Program-made: the position numbers and the translations under genes | Shown here: positions 1 to 13,100 of the stretch, piece by piece | Layout: each line of letters starts with the position of its first letter | Position numbering within the stretch: the first letter of the stretch is position 1 | DNA from: Tubulanus polymorphus | Taxonomy: Eukaryota; Animalia; Nemertea | Reading direction: 5' to 3' | Assembly (NCBI RefSeq): GCF_964204645.1 | Contig: NC_134025.1 | Location: 25,958,299 to 26,022,298, forward strand | Length of the DNA: 64,000 nucleotides | The notes under the pieces: generated by a model | Told to the model about the DNA's origin: nothing | Seen by the model: the letters and a program-made list of their open reading frames with translations, nothing else | The model's database searches: none

Positions 1-136
1 AAAATGTTAGTTTGGGTCAACGTGATCTTTGTCGAATTTGTGCCGCAAAGACACATATAACTACAGAATGTTGTTTTGCTTAAAGCTGCCATTTTCTTCT
101 AAGTAGGCCTATCTAATCATCGTTCAAATATTTCAG

Positions 137-776
137 GTATGGCATCATGTATGACTGTTGGGCTCATAACGCTGAAGATCGTCCGAACTTCACCGAGTTA
201 ATCATTCGCTTAGATTCGATGTTAGAAAGGTACAGCACAAGCGACTACTTAGACATAACGTTAGACGAAGCTCGAGATTATTACAGATGTCAAAATAACA
301 GCGATGATGAAGATGATGAGACTGATGGTGATGGCGAAGATCCCGACGACGAAGTTGCTCAACATCGAGATAATAATTCGCACATGTCGCGGTTGTCCGT
401 TTGGTCCGGCTCGTCAACTCTGACGGGACGGTCGGTCGACAGTGATGATCATTGCTCGCCATCGAAGCGATTGTTAACGAAAGCGGAAAGCATTTCTCCC
501 GGTAGTTCGGGACGCGAAAGTATGGAAGCTAAAGATGACGACGAAGACATGGATGTGGACGGATCGGAGAAACCGGGTATCGTTTATACGCAGGTCATAA
601 CGCGAGCGTCACGACCCAGCAGTAACACGCACGATTCGGGAAATGTCTCGTTTGAAATGGAAATGGATTTGAATTCGAATGGACCGGAAAGCACACAGTA
701 TTTGATCCCGAAAGCTGTTATCGATGAGGGTACCGGCGCGGCTAAATGCACAAATTGGGAAGATGCATTCGTGTAA
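137..776 (+). CDS. Last coding exon of a receptor tyrosine kinase (kinase C-terminus plus acidic/Ser-rich tail); the rest of the gene lies upstream of the window
   Basis: Acceptor tttcag at 131-136. The exon reads YGIMYDCWAHNAEDRPNFTEL, matching tyrosine-kinase subdomain XI (CW...RP.F), followed by a DYLDI motif like the FGFR/RET post-kinase tyrosine. Stop at 774-776. Confidence 0.85.
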
Positions 777-3700
777 AATGTTAAAAAGGTCTCTACTACT
801 CTACTTCTTGTCCTGTTTCAAAGAACATCGAATAAGTGATTCAGAATATTTGAAATATCGAATCAAATAATCGTATTTTATTGGAAAATATACAATTTTT
901 TTGCCTCGAATCTAAAAACCTAATTTCATTTCGGAATATCTTTTCAAAGAAAAAACCAAAATTTACATTTTCGTGAACTCTAGAACTTTTTTTTATCAAA
1001 CAGAATCTCATTATCGATCATTTGTCCGCATATCTATATATCTAATAAATAATGTTGTTAGATTTTACAAGTAAAAGGTTTGTGATTGATAGCAAAAACT
1101 CTCTTGCTATAGTGTTAGTAGTATTTAAACATTATCAGGCAGCATTTCTGGAGATTTGCATTATATCTCATTTGGCTCTGTGAAGTTACATTTCAAATCT
1201 TTTTTCTGTGATTTCTGGAAATGGCGAAAACGCGTGCATCTTGAAATTAAGTTGTTGGAATGGATTTTGTTATTACTATAAGATTGGAAAGAAATATGGG
1301 TATAAATACTATTGACGACGGAAAACCAGGGAATGTATTGTGATTTAATCTGATCACCCATGTTTGATATTGTAACCAGTAATATGTTTGTTATCATCAA
1401 GGTTGATATCCATTTTATCTTCAGTGTCAGCATCCATCCATGCATCCCTTGAACATCAATACTGGATTGTTTCTATCTGGGCAGGCGTACTCAGGTTTTT
1501 TTTGTAAGGCTATTGATGGATGTTGACTGGGATTTAAATGTAGCCTACACAGCCCCGTTGCTCAATATTGTAAATAGTTCAATCGTGTAAATATGTTAAC
1601 GTACAATCAAACATCATATTGTTGACTGATTTGAAATATCTAAAAGATGAAAGATTTGAAGGGAAAACCGAATACCCAGGTTTCGCGTATTGAATAGAGA
1701 TATAAGCTCTTTGAACTCGTTTCCTCGATTGTTCAATGCCGAATAAATGGATGTAGCTTCGTTGACAGAGAGAGAGAGAGTGTTGGTGGGAAAAGTCTTA
1801 TGGCTGAGTAAACTGAATTTTTCATGTCCACTTTATGTTTCTTTCTATATCGAATGTTCTTAAAACTTATGGATGTTTTTATTATATGAAAATCCTAAAA
1901 TCGACTGAATCCTGTACTTACTGGTTCGGGCTGTTCAGAGACAAATCTAATCTGGAGAACATGTGCAATACTAAAAATTTTCATAAAACAAAAAATTATT
2001 CGCATTTTAGAGAAACAATTGAATACGATTGATTTGTTGGACCTCAGGGGTTCTCGATTCAGTGTCAATGGTTTGCTTTTAGTTCTATTTGTACATAGTG
2101 CAAGCATATATTGTAAACTTTATATATTTATAACATCAGTGTTCAACTGAATTCTATTTTTGTTAATATTATGTATATAGTTTATTTGTACCTTTCTATC
2201 ATTGATTCTAGTATAGGAGTAAACCCAGTATTTTCCTTGACACATCGAAAATTTAGCTACGTTTATGTAACATTTGCTACAGGATAGATCGTTTTCGGGC
2301 TAAAAAAGTCATTTGTTGGCCTATTAGATTATTTGCTGTCTCCGTACTCATTGCGTATTTCAAATATCCTCATACGTTTTTGATTGAGTTTGCATTTGGA
2401 TACATAGAACAAAATTTGAACAAAACTTTCTATCAAATACGACTGTTAGTGTTTTTGTCAGACCATGTACATTGATTTGTATTCTGAGTTAGCATTGTTA
2501 AACTCGAAAAACATTGTGATTTTCGCGACATCGTTTAGTTTTTGTATTTCGTTGCCAGTGAATTCCTGAATTTTGGTGCTAGATGAAAATAATTATATAA
2601 ATTGTATCAAATCGATAAACATATTGTTTGTAATGTAAAATTGTATTATAAACAGTCCTATTATGATTGTACATTGAAACCGTTCTTTTCCGTATGAAAA
2701 TTTACTATTCTGTTGTGTTGTGTTTGAACCTATAAGCATTTGTCTTTAAGTAATTGATAAATAACTGAATGGGGTACGAATGTCTTAACACTATTTTCAA
2801 GCTGAACTATTTTCAGCAGGAAAAAAATTTTGTTCAATCCAATTCAATTTCTATTCCGTTCGGATCCACATCATAAGGGAATCGGGCAAATTCACATATT
2901 TTAAGAACGTATTCCGATTCTCATCTTAGAATATATTAAACTACTAAATTGCTAATATTATTCGAACGTTCTGATTTATATATTGGGTAATAAGATATTG
3001 GTTTATAAACATATTTGTATAAGATGAATGTATTTGTGTAGATTTTGTAAAAAAAAATCCCGCCTGATTGTGATTTTCAGTGTTATGAGGCTTGTGTAAA
3101 GACGTATTAATGAAGATCGATCATAAAATCGGTTTTCAACAGAAAAATACGGCTTATATTTGTAGTACACGAATATCCCTGACTAGCCAGGGGATATGTA
3201 TAATGCTTGTTAGTAGTAGACCCCGGAAAGGTGGGGAATTCGTGCACTACAGTTGTTATTCCAAATGTTTGTTAAGAATATGTAAATTTCCTGAAAAAAA
3301 AAATTTAAACTGTTGAGATGTGTGTATTCCATGACAAATAAAACCGCGATCTAGTAGAATTTCATTCTTGTCTTTCATTCAGTATTTCGACAAACAGGGA
3401 GGTCATCGGTTATCCCATAAAGCCCTATGCAATAGTTACCGTATGCATCATCCAACTACGAAAAGCCTCTTATATCCATTGTTTGTGTGTAAGTCGAAGT
3501 CCCTGAACCTGGTTTCACAGCCAAGATTATGTCCAAAAATTGGTTCAACTTTTCAAATTGGTCATATGACCAAGACGCCTGATCTTGAAGTGCAAGGAAG
3601 CGTATAGTATGCGGCCAGGTAGCGATGTTATTGAGATCTGGACGCGAAGAGTAGAGCAGAATTTCTAGAAAGATTCTAATATAATGATATCCTTGTATGC

Positions 3701-6700
3701 AATTGATGAGTGAAGCTGAACACGGCAATTTCTTATGCATAACATTTACCAACTTTTATTATGAGAATAGTTTGTCTTCGTGTATTTCTCCTCGGGAGTT
3801 TCTATCCAGTATTGTTGTGTTGAAAAACAAATCGTGTTGATGTTAATACCTGACTCGTTAAGTAGGTATATCGGATTGTATTTTGCAATGACAAGAATGT
3901 AACAGAGGGAGAGAGAGGCGCCTCCTTCAACAGGTATATTCAATTTGTATCGCGGGATGGTCATGTTTGTTCTTTGAGATGAGACAGCGCTAGGATCCCT
4001 CGTCTGAATTAAGAAAATGCCTGGAATGTCATTCACAGTGAATCTATGACTTGTTGATTTTATCGATGTCATTTCATAGCTTATTTAGAACCAAGAAAGC
4101 AATCACAAAAAACAATTTGATAAAGCGATAAGATACACAAATTTCGTGATTTTATCATATGATATACGTTACAACGATAATTACATGGCATTTGACTTAA
4201 GCTACCTTATTTTAGATACATTTTTTCTCACCGAAACAGGTGAGAAAATGTGCGAATACTATATTACAGCAAAAACAAGAATATCCTGTTATGCCTGGAC
4301 GAGGTCCAAAAATATAATACCCGCCTACTGGAAATTAGACCGCCTTAATGTCTATCTTCTTATGTTTATCATATGAAGTAGATAATGAATTTTCGTTAAT
4401 CATAATGAAAGGATTTTTTTTATTAATTTTCAAGGACAAGTTCATGTAACATAAAAAATGTCTATTTGGTATGGGCAACCCAAACATGGCCGCTCGATGG
4501 TTCAGTAGATCATCCTGGGTTTTGTAAAACACATTTCATATATTTGGCCAATCACACTTGATGATTATTGTAAGTCACTAATGTCACTTGACACGCTAGA
4601 TTCCGTGTGTGACAATACGTAGCCCAAAAGAGAAAATAAGCCTTGGATCTTTTTAATAAAACATAATCACTATAATGTCACTTTGATCTAACGATACAAT
4701 GATAATAGATTTTATTAAAGGCGTACCTTGGTATATGCAAATTCGCAAAGTAATTCGATGTAATGTAATGCATGAAATATTGATCTGACCATATGGTTTG
4801 TATAATTCTGGGGCCATCGACGATTTTTGGGCTCGTTCTTGTTACTTAGAATATAGCGACCAACTGTTTAGGTATAGTGTTCGGATTCGGCGCACCTTTC
4901 AGACACGGAAATGGATGCGTCAAAGCAATGAAACGGGTATAAAGTAAAACGTAGATGTTATCAGTAATTTCTAGTAGCCGGGGATTCTAAAGATGTGAAT
5001 AGAATGGCCTTATTTCTTGTAAAGACCAGATCAAACTGATAACTGTGGCCTTTCACGAAATCTGGTGGTTAAAGGGGGATGAGCCAAAACAACCGGTGTC
5101 CAAATAGGCTCGTTTATAATAAGCGAATAAATGAGTGAATTGCACAAAATGATGGTTACTAATATGGGGGTCTGAAGCCACCGTGTTAGGCATGTATGCA
5201 TGTACGTGGGATGTATGATTTTGGGATAGTGCCACCCAACGCGTGGTGATCCGAGGAATTTCGGTGCGACAACAATAAGTGAACGGGTGTAACTTTTTTC
5301 ATCTAGAAACTCAGAGTACTTCGTCAGGACTTCCGTGAATATATCATTGCATGGTTTTACGTTCTATTCAACTAATAATCGAAAAGAAAAATGAAAATGT
5401 TTCATTATTCGGCAAGCGCGACCATTCAAAACTTCTCACAATAATTTCTTCCAAGAACATGACAAATAACAAAACTATAAAATATCCATATACATATTTT
5501 CTACTGTTTTGTGACATGTAACCTGGTTTTAAATTTACAAAAGTTCATACGCTGTACAACGTGGCTAGGACAAGATTTCAATATATCATAGTTCCATTTC
5601 ATACGAGTGAAAAAGCAGCCATCTCGTTATATTTCTTTATATTATGTTCAAGTTACCTTGTCACTTATTGATGTTTCGATGTTTAGATCCAGTAGAATTG
5701 TGACCGCAGAAAAAAACCACAGCACTTTTTTTTACGATACCCCCTCAACAAAAACGGGACATTTTTCTAACCACAAAATCAGAAAACCATGGAATCGTGG
5801 CTCCACGACTATCTAGATGTGAGACTGGTTGGCGGTGTTGGTCGGGAGTCTTACCAAAATCATGAACAAAATCTTTTTAAGCAGAGAATATTTTGTGCTA
5901 CTTTTCTTGGTTAGTTTTGACGGTGAGGGAATCAAGGCGTCGAGGTTCGTTCCCTAAGACGGATCGGCATTCATTAATGAGACTTTCTGTAAGATACTTT
6001 TGAGACTATTAACAAACAGTTTGGGACGGGCGGAAAACGGAAATGATTTATCTTTTAACATGATTATAGTCTGTTGTTCACATATAAATTCAATGAATAA
6101 AATACACTTAATTTCCGGGCGATATAACCCGAGTAAAACGCTTTAGGGAGGCGGTTGTTTGTCAATGAGTGTTTTGAAACTACCTCAGCGATAATTTTAC
6201 AATTCATTTCCAATTAATAGGCCTTGAAAGGACGCTTGTGAAATTTGATACGGGCCCAGCTGGAAGACTGTGAGTATCGGGGTCGTGTACGGGGACATTA
6301 GGCATCCCCGTGGTTCTCGGTCCAATACGTCATTCACATTTGTGGCCATTGGTTGAAAAATGAGCAGCCGCTTAGCCGCGATTTACTGCTTATAATAAAG
6401 TCAAGAGGTGCTTCATTCTGGTATATTAAACCCATATTATCTTCACGACAAGCATGCCGAGCATTGTTCAAGGATAAACGAAGAGCGTTCTTCGGTACTT
6501 TTGTGCGTTTAAGTTTTCGAAGACAAAATAACCACCTTTCATTTGCTACCTATAGAACTCTATTGAATACGGCCTTTCAGTGTTTTCTGAAGATCCGTTT
6601 AGAGTCTTTAACGGATCTATGTAGCCAGCGAGTTATTATAATTCTCTTCACTAACGCTTTAGATACCGAAAGAACCCGTAAAGCACCTAAATGATCCCCC

Positions 6701-8764
6701 GTGGCCAAAAGTGACAGGCCCGTTAATCTGGGTTGCCGATTTAAGGTCGGTGTATATACGTACAATTATGAAGATCACGCTTTCTTTAAACCAATATTAC
6801 CAAGGTGGATGCTTGTCTAATGAAGCAGACATATGTAAGAAAGGTTGTTTGAATAACGGCTGTCCGTTGTAACCAAAAGTAATCGTTTTGACTCATCTTC
6901 ACTTTTGGTACTGTGGTCTCGTGGTGAGCCTTTTGTCGTGTTGGTATCTCAATAAACCAGTCGTTTACTTACCAAAAACACCACAATCCTAAATCGCATC
7001 GTTTGTATAGTTCGGTAGCCTTGCAGGTGCGACCTTTCATCTTAGAGATCGAGATGTTTGTAAATTGTATATAAATCTGTCAGAAGCTTAGAAAACAAAA
7101 GACGGCGATGAAGGAATATTCCAAGAAACCTAGCTTTGATACCGAATTACCAATCACTTCGCTGATTAGTGTCTTTTCATTAATTTCAAAAGAAATTGCG
7201 CTCCAACTTTGGTAACGTCCATTCAGTCATGTCCGGTTGAAAATGTGATAATTTATTTTACTTGCGAATCGAATACATTTCCTCCTCTTTCGACTATCCT
7301 ATTACTCACGACAACAACATAGAGAGACAAAATAACCGCAGTTTAGAATGAATTTACATTACATTTATTTAATAAATACATATAATCAAACTTGAAATGT
7401 TTGTGTTTTCATCAACTGATAAGTATCAACCCTAATATCGCCCGTGTTAGTCTTATTCACACGACCGATAATTAACAAACATAACTCTGTACCATAGTAC
7501 CAGATATTGACATCATGACGTACAATACTGTTGCGTAGTTTTAACTTTTTTTCTTCTTTATTTCTGATTAAATGCATCACGGAAAAGGGTTAAGATTTAA
7601 CAACAAAAAAACTTACAAGAGCGGGGGTGTTCACAATACGATTATAAACTCACAAAAAGAATTTTACATATATACTTATAGAATCTAAACCAACTTTTAC
7701 TAAAAAATGCTAACTCAAATGTCACAAATCGTTACGTTTTAACTTGCTGTTTATTTCTATAGACGACCAAGCACTTTCGCATTAACAACGTCGTTTCATC
7801 AACGACTTTTTCATAAACTACAGTTGATATTCGCCAAATTTATTATTATGCTCGGTTGTTCCAGACAGAAAGAGATGAAAATTCTCCCTGATATTTCATT
7901 CAAACATATCTTCGTATATACTATTTACACGCCTCTTATACTATGTACACAAATTTACATGACAAATTTACACGATCAAACATGGTTTCGCCACATATTT
8001 CCTAATTCTCGCAAATCATACCGAATCATTTGTTTCGTGTACGAAGAAAGATGACAATTAACACTGCCATTGTACTAAACGAGTATACGTATATAAGGAA
8101 AAACGAATTTTATCTGCATCCATGGCTCAGAAGGTCAAGAAAAATATTTGAATACCGGAAGTTCTTTGTGGATATTGCTGCTTACTTTTTCAATTGTAAA
8201 GGAAATTCATGCCAGCAAGCCTGTAATTACTAGGCTTTCATGGTGACATATGACCATGGGCGTTGTAAGTGTCGCTGTATATTAAAACTAGGAATAATTT
8301 CAAAAACATCAAATCTTTCTCTACGTGTATAACAGATAGTCGACCTTCTGGCATTGACGCTATATTTCCATCTCCAGTCGGAATGGATGATATTTTGTTT
8401 AGAACTTTTTTTGTTTTAATTACTAAGAGCACCAAGTATGATGTATATCCTCGATTAAAAATAAATAATTCTACTAAAAACCGTTACTACACAAAAAAAA
8501 AGAATTATTTATCGAATCAGCCAAAATTGCTCACAAATAGAATATCTAGAGTAATTTGTACTCTGAAATATTCGAGAGCCAGATCGAATAATCTAAAACC
8601 ATTACTACGGGGTTTATCACATAAATCCACAAAATCACAGCTCATAACATATTTTATATGACAACCATGAATGAAATATTTCCAAATTGCACCACACTGA
8701 AAAATGTGGCGCGCACCTTATAATAGTTTCTTTTTTACATTAAAATATTGTTTATGTAGATATA

Positions 8765-10107
8765 TCATCGACAACCACATCCTTCTACGACCATGTCCTG
8801 GTAGTTTTTCAAAACGACCTTTTGGTATTCGTCCAAATACAACATGGAAATAGGACTTAGTTCAGTTGGCACACAGCACGCTTTCGGCACAACGTGGGGA
8901 TACGCAGAATTAACTAAATTTTGCACAATAGCATGATTTGTAGAATTTAAATGATCGGATAACGGAAAGGGACAGTCCCCGTGACAATAATAGGCGTGAT
9001 AGCCAGGTGGCGCTACGATCCAATCGTCCCATCCTACGTCACTAAAATCTACTGCTAATGGGTGTCTTTTGCACTGATCTTTCATTTTTTTTCTACGCCG
9101 ATTGTGCGATTTTCGTTTATGATTTCGGCGACTACGACCATTTCTAGTCCGTCGACGAGACCTACTCTTATTTCTTTTCGAGTCTTTCATCGCTCGACCA
9201 TCGTCGCTATAAGTCACTAAAACTGGTCGTTCTTTATTCCACTTTTTATCGTCGGTCTGTAACGACCGGCGCAGACGAACGTGCGGATTGTTTTTGACCG
9301 GTTGACCATCCAACGTCGTGAAATGCACTTCGACTCCGTGGTTAACGCGCGGATTTTTCGTCCACCTATGAACGGCTTCGCTCACGTCGAACGATTCCCA
9401 CGAGGAATTGCGGACATCAACCGTTCGCGTGTCTATAAGTTGTGTTATAGCTTCCTCGTTGTGTTTTGAAACCGGCGATATCACTTCGTAAACGTCGATT
9501 CTATGTCTAAATCCGTTATTTTTCACGTTTTCGTTATGTAATGATGGGACATCATTCGGATGCATGTGTGAACGATATACACGTAATTCAGCAGCAGTCA
9601 GAGTCTCCGACTGATCTATATTCGATACGTCGAATTTGAACAACTTTCTATGAGCCTCCTGAGGTTCTTCTTTATCATCTGAAAGAACAAAATAATGATA
9701 CGTGAAATGTACGGTAAAGGAATAGGAAATTAGATTCTAATGGGCTATTTCTATGTATTAGATAGAATATAGATTTTTGGAAAGTGTAGCAACTTACCGT
9801 CGTGAAAATGACTGCGGACAGTATTAGCCGAACCGACGAGCTGATTTTCTTGATCGACATGAAGCGTTCCCCATTCCTCTGTCGATTTCCTCTGTTGCAA
9901 GTATAGCTCCCACATGTAGTCTGGAACCTCGATATTTTTACGGCCTTTCGGTCTGGTTTTTAATCCGAACATTGTAAGCAATCCTTTCTCCAGATTTTTC
10001 AACACTTCTGGCGATAACTTTTCTTTCTTCGAATCGGACATCGTTGAACCGACTAGGATTAAAGCACAACTGAGTAGCACCAAATTTACTGTGATCACTG
10101 AGGTCAT
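8765..10107 (-). CDS. BMP2/4: BMP2/4 (dpp orthologue); coding exons 10107-9798 and 9678-8765
   Basis: Signal peptide [20 protein letters not shown] and prodomain motif ANTVRSHFH. Phase-1 GT-AG intron 9797-9679. Basic furin sites precede a seven-Cys mature domain [51 protein letters not shown]...[17 protein letters not shown]. Confidence 0.97.
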
Positions 10108-13100
10108 GGTGTAGCCTAAAAATACATAAAAAATGGACAACATTAAGACACTGTTCACAACAAAATATTCCAAGTGTTCTCTATTCTAGATATTCTCGTT
10201 ACACATTTGACGCCATATTGGAAAATTCGTTTCGACACGTCTGTCACCAAATCCTTACCGCCAAAATCGTTGGCTCGGCGAAAGTAGTCAGTAAGCGATT
10301 ACCAAAATGTATCATCAATTCGTCAAAGTTTTTACTGTCAATTTTAACAAAAGCTTGATTATGATTAAATCCGAACATTTGGACGCCAGAAAACGCCGCC
10401 TTCTAGTCGTACACTCCACTCTACTCCACTATATGCGATCAATGATTTTTTTCTAAATAGGAATATCAATCGTGAGTTCGATAATTCTTCCAACTGATCT
10501 ACAGAAGACATCGCAAACCAGCAACCAGTCACCGAGAATAAGTTCGTGAATAGTTGTCGGTGGTTTAGCCATGTCGATTAAAACTACAGAATACTCCGGA
10601 TACGAAATTAAGTTGCATCACTTGATTTTTTTTCGGTAAAATCCACACAAGCATTAGACACTCATAGCCGTTAGAATGGTGTATAATAAACATACGCGGA
10701 GCAACATATAGCCTATTTGCACATTTTTATCCGTATAAATAAAAGTTATAAGTATAAGACCTCATGGTCTTATTTGATGAAGTTTAGAGATAAGACGCTC
10801 TAACGTAAACCGATCTTATGCTTGCTTTCTATCCCGTATCATTTGCTTGCAATAATAAAATCATACGCAAGACGTATGAATTCTGGCGAGAATGTGCTCG
10901 CTTCGCTATTCGGTATTTATGTTGCAATGGGCGGTTCCAACCCAACGTCACTTGCCGAGGTTTTATTACTTTTGTATAGGGCCATTATGGCGCGGAGGTG
11001 GGCCGAATATAGACGTTCTTATTATTTCTTATTTATGCGCGTTCGAATCGAGCATAGCATAACAACCTGATTTTGACGGGTATAATTTCAAGAAAAGCTG
11101 ATTAATTTCGATATTTCATGCCAAACATGGGTATTTTAGTTATTATTTCATGAAGCCAGCAGACGCTTTCTATGGGAAAAAACCCATTGCCGTTTGCGCA
11201 CGCACTAGTTGAATTTCATAGAAGTTGACAATTTCGACAAAAAATTTAATTAGAATTTATGGCGGTTAATTCGCGAAATTAAACTATGCGTGATGCGGAA
11301 ATGGACTCAAAGTCTCAATTTCATGGACACGATAGAAGCGACTCGAAGGAAGAGTATACATACACGTCGTGACAGGAAATTCTAATGAAGTGCACTCAAT
11401 AAAAACCACATAAAAGTTAATCGAAGATAAACTTCCATTATACTCAACGAAAATGCGTTAATTACCCGAAAGAGGTTTTACCTCCCGAATATCAAAATGA
11501 CCATCATATGGCACCTATGCGCATACGACTTGGTGAATGAATAATGGTATTTCTCAGCCATTTAAAACATCATTAAGATAACCAACAACCCATAAGCCTT
11601 GATTGATCAGTGAATATTTTGGCAGGTCGACGAAATCATGAATCCGATCTTGAAAACGAGTTCATGCAATTCTTTCATAGTTCGAAACATTTGGCGTAAA
11701 TAATTGTAGTCAATTCTCAATAAGATTTCAATAAAAGGGTAATTATCTGATCTATCCATCTATCACAATCATAATCATACCAGACGACTCTACACAAAAC
11801 GATAGATTTAACGACAATTTTCAAGAATGCGTCAACCCTCATTATCAAATTGATTTATGACTGATCTTTATTTTAGTTGATTTGATTAAGTTATTATAAA
11901 ACAAATTTAGATAGAAACTATTTGAAAGAAATATAGAACTATATTGATTCAAAAGCCCTAATTAATTTCAAGTTTTTAATAACAAAAAGAAAAATAATTC
12001 AAAGTACTCACTGCGTCATTGAAACGCCCGTCTAGTTTAGATTGCATATTTTCCGAAAATGATCGAAAATTATGCGAAGCGGTAATATTGAGGAGTTCTT
12101 CGGATGGCGCATGCGCATAATGTGAGAAGAACCACCCCGAAAACATATGCACGAGCGAGAGAGAGAGAGAAAAAAACATTTTTTGGTTTGACAATGGTTT
12201 GCTTATTGTGAACATCAATCATAGGGGCTAAAAGCTTTTCCGAGCCCACCTACGGAGAGTTTTGACGCTGCAAATTACAGCTTTTAACTTTTAAAGTTAG
12301 TTAATGTTGTTTACGTCGTATTCAAAATTATGGCGGGAAACATCGACGAAACCTCTACCTATGAAAGAAAATATCATTTTGGATCTATTTTGGTTTTAGA
12401 TTTGATTGTAGAGTGTAGAGGATGTCAATTATCTTCTTGACTATGATATAACATTAACATTTCTATTACATTTAAGACAACTAGATCATTAATTGAAATA
12501 GGTTTTTGTGAATTTCTGTCACGTTTATTTTCTTATAATCGCTGGAAATCACGCAAGAATGGAGCAGGTGCTGGAATGAAGTCAATGTGACCGCATTTAT
12601 GCCTCTCAATGAAATAATCAGTCACACTCAAACACGAAGATAATCACACATAAAAACAAAGGATTCTCTTCAAACTACTGAATCTTTATGGAGCACGCCT
12701 GAGATTTCTTTGTGATCGGACATATTTTTTGATATAAAAAAATTTGTTTTAGCGCCATGAATTCGAACATTTCGGTCGTTCTTAAGTGAATTTGCAAGAG
12801 AATGTTTGCGGTTTTTTCCTATTCATTAAACGCGATATTTTTCTTAATAATCGAAATGATGGTTGCCACATGGAGTTGGGGAGGAACCACCTGTAACCAG
12901 GTGGCCACCATCGCTTCAGTCATCTTCTATCAATCGTGAAATTCTCAGCATTTACTGAGAATATCGAATGACTATTGATAGTGAACACCTGGATATATGA
13001 ATCCCATTCATCTGGAAACCATCATAAATTATATGAATACTAGATAATATTGGCCTGATATCAGCGGATTAAAAATCTTAAGAATGTTGCCGAACGCAAA

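Noticed and set aside
800-8700. Numerous 60-130 aa ORFs between the RTK and BMP2/4 (and at 10.8-17.2 kb)
   Set aside because: No recognisable domains or exon chains; consistent with UTRs and the non-coding regulatory space around developmental genes.
12858-12913. Short inverted repeat GATGGTTGCCACATGG/CCAGGTGGCCACCATC resembling hAT ends
   Set aside because: No TSD and no second copy; at most an old relic.
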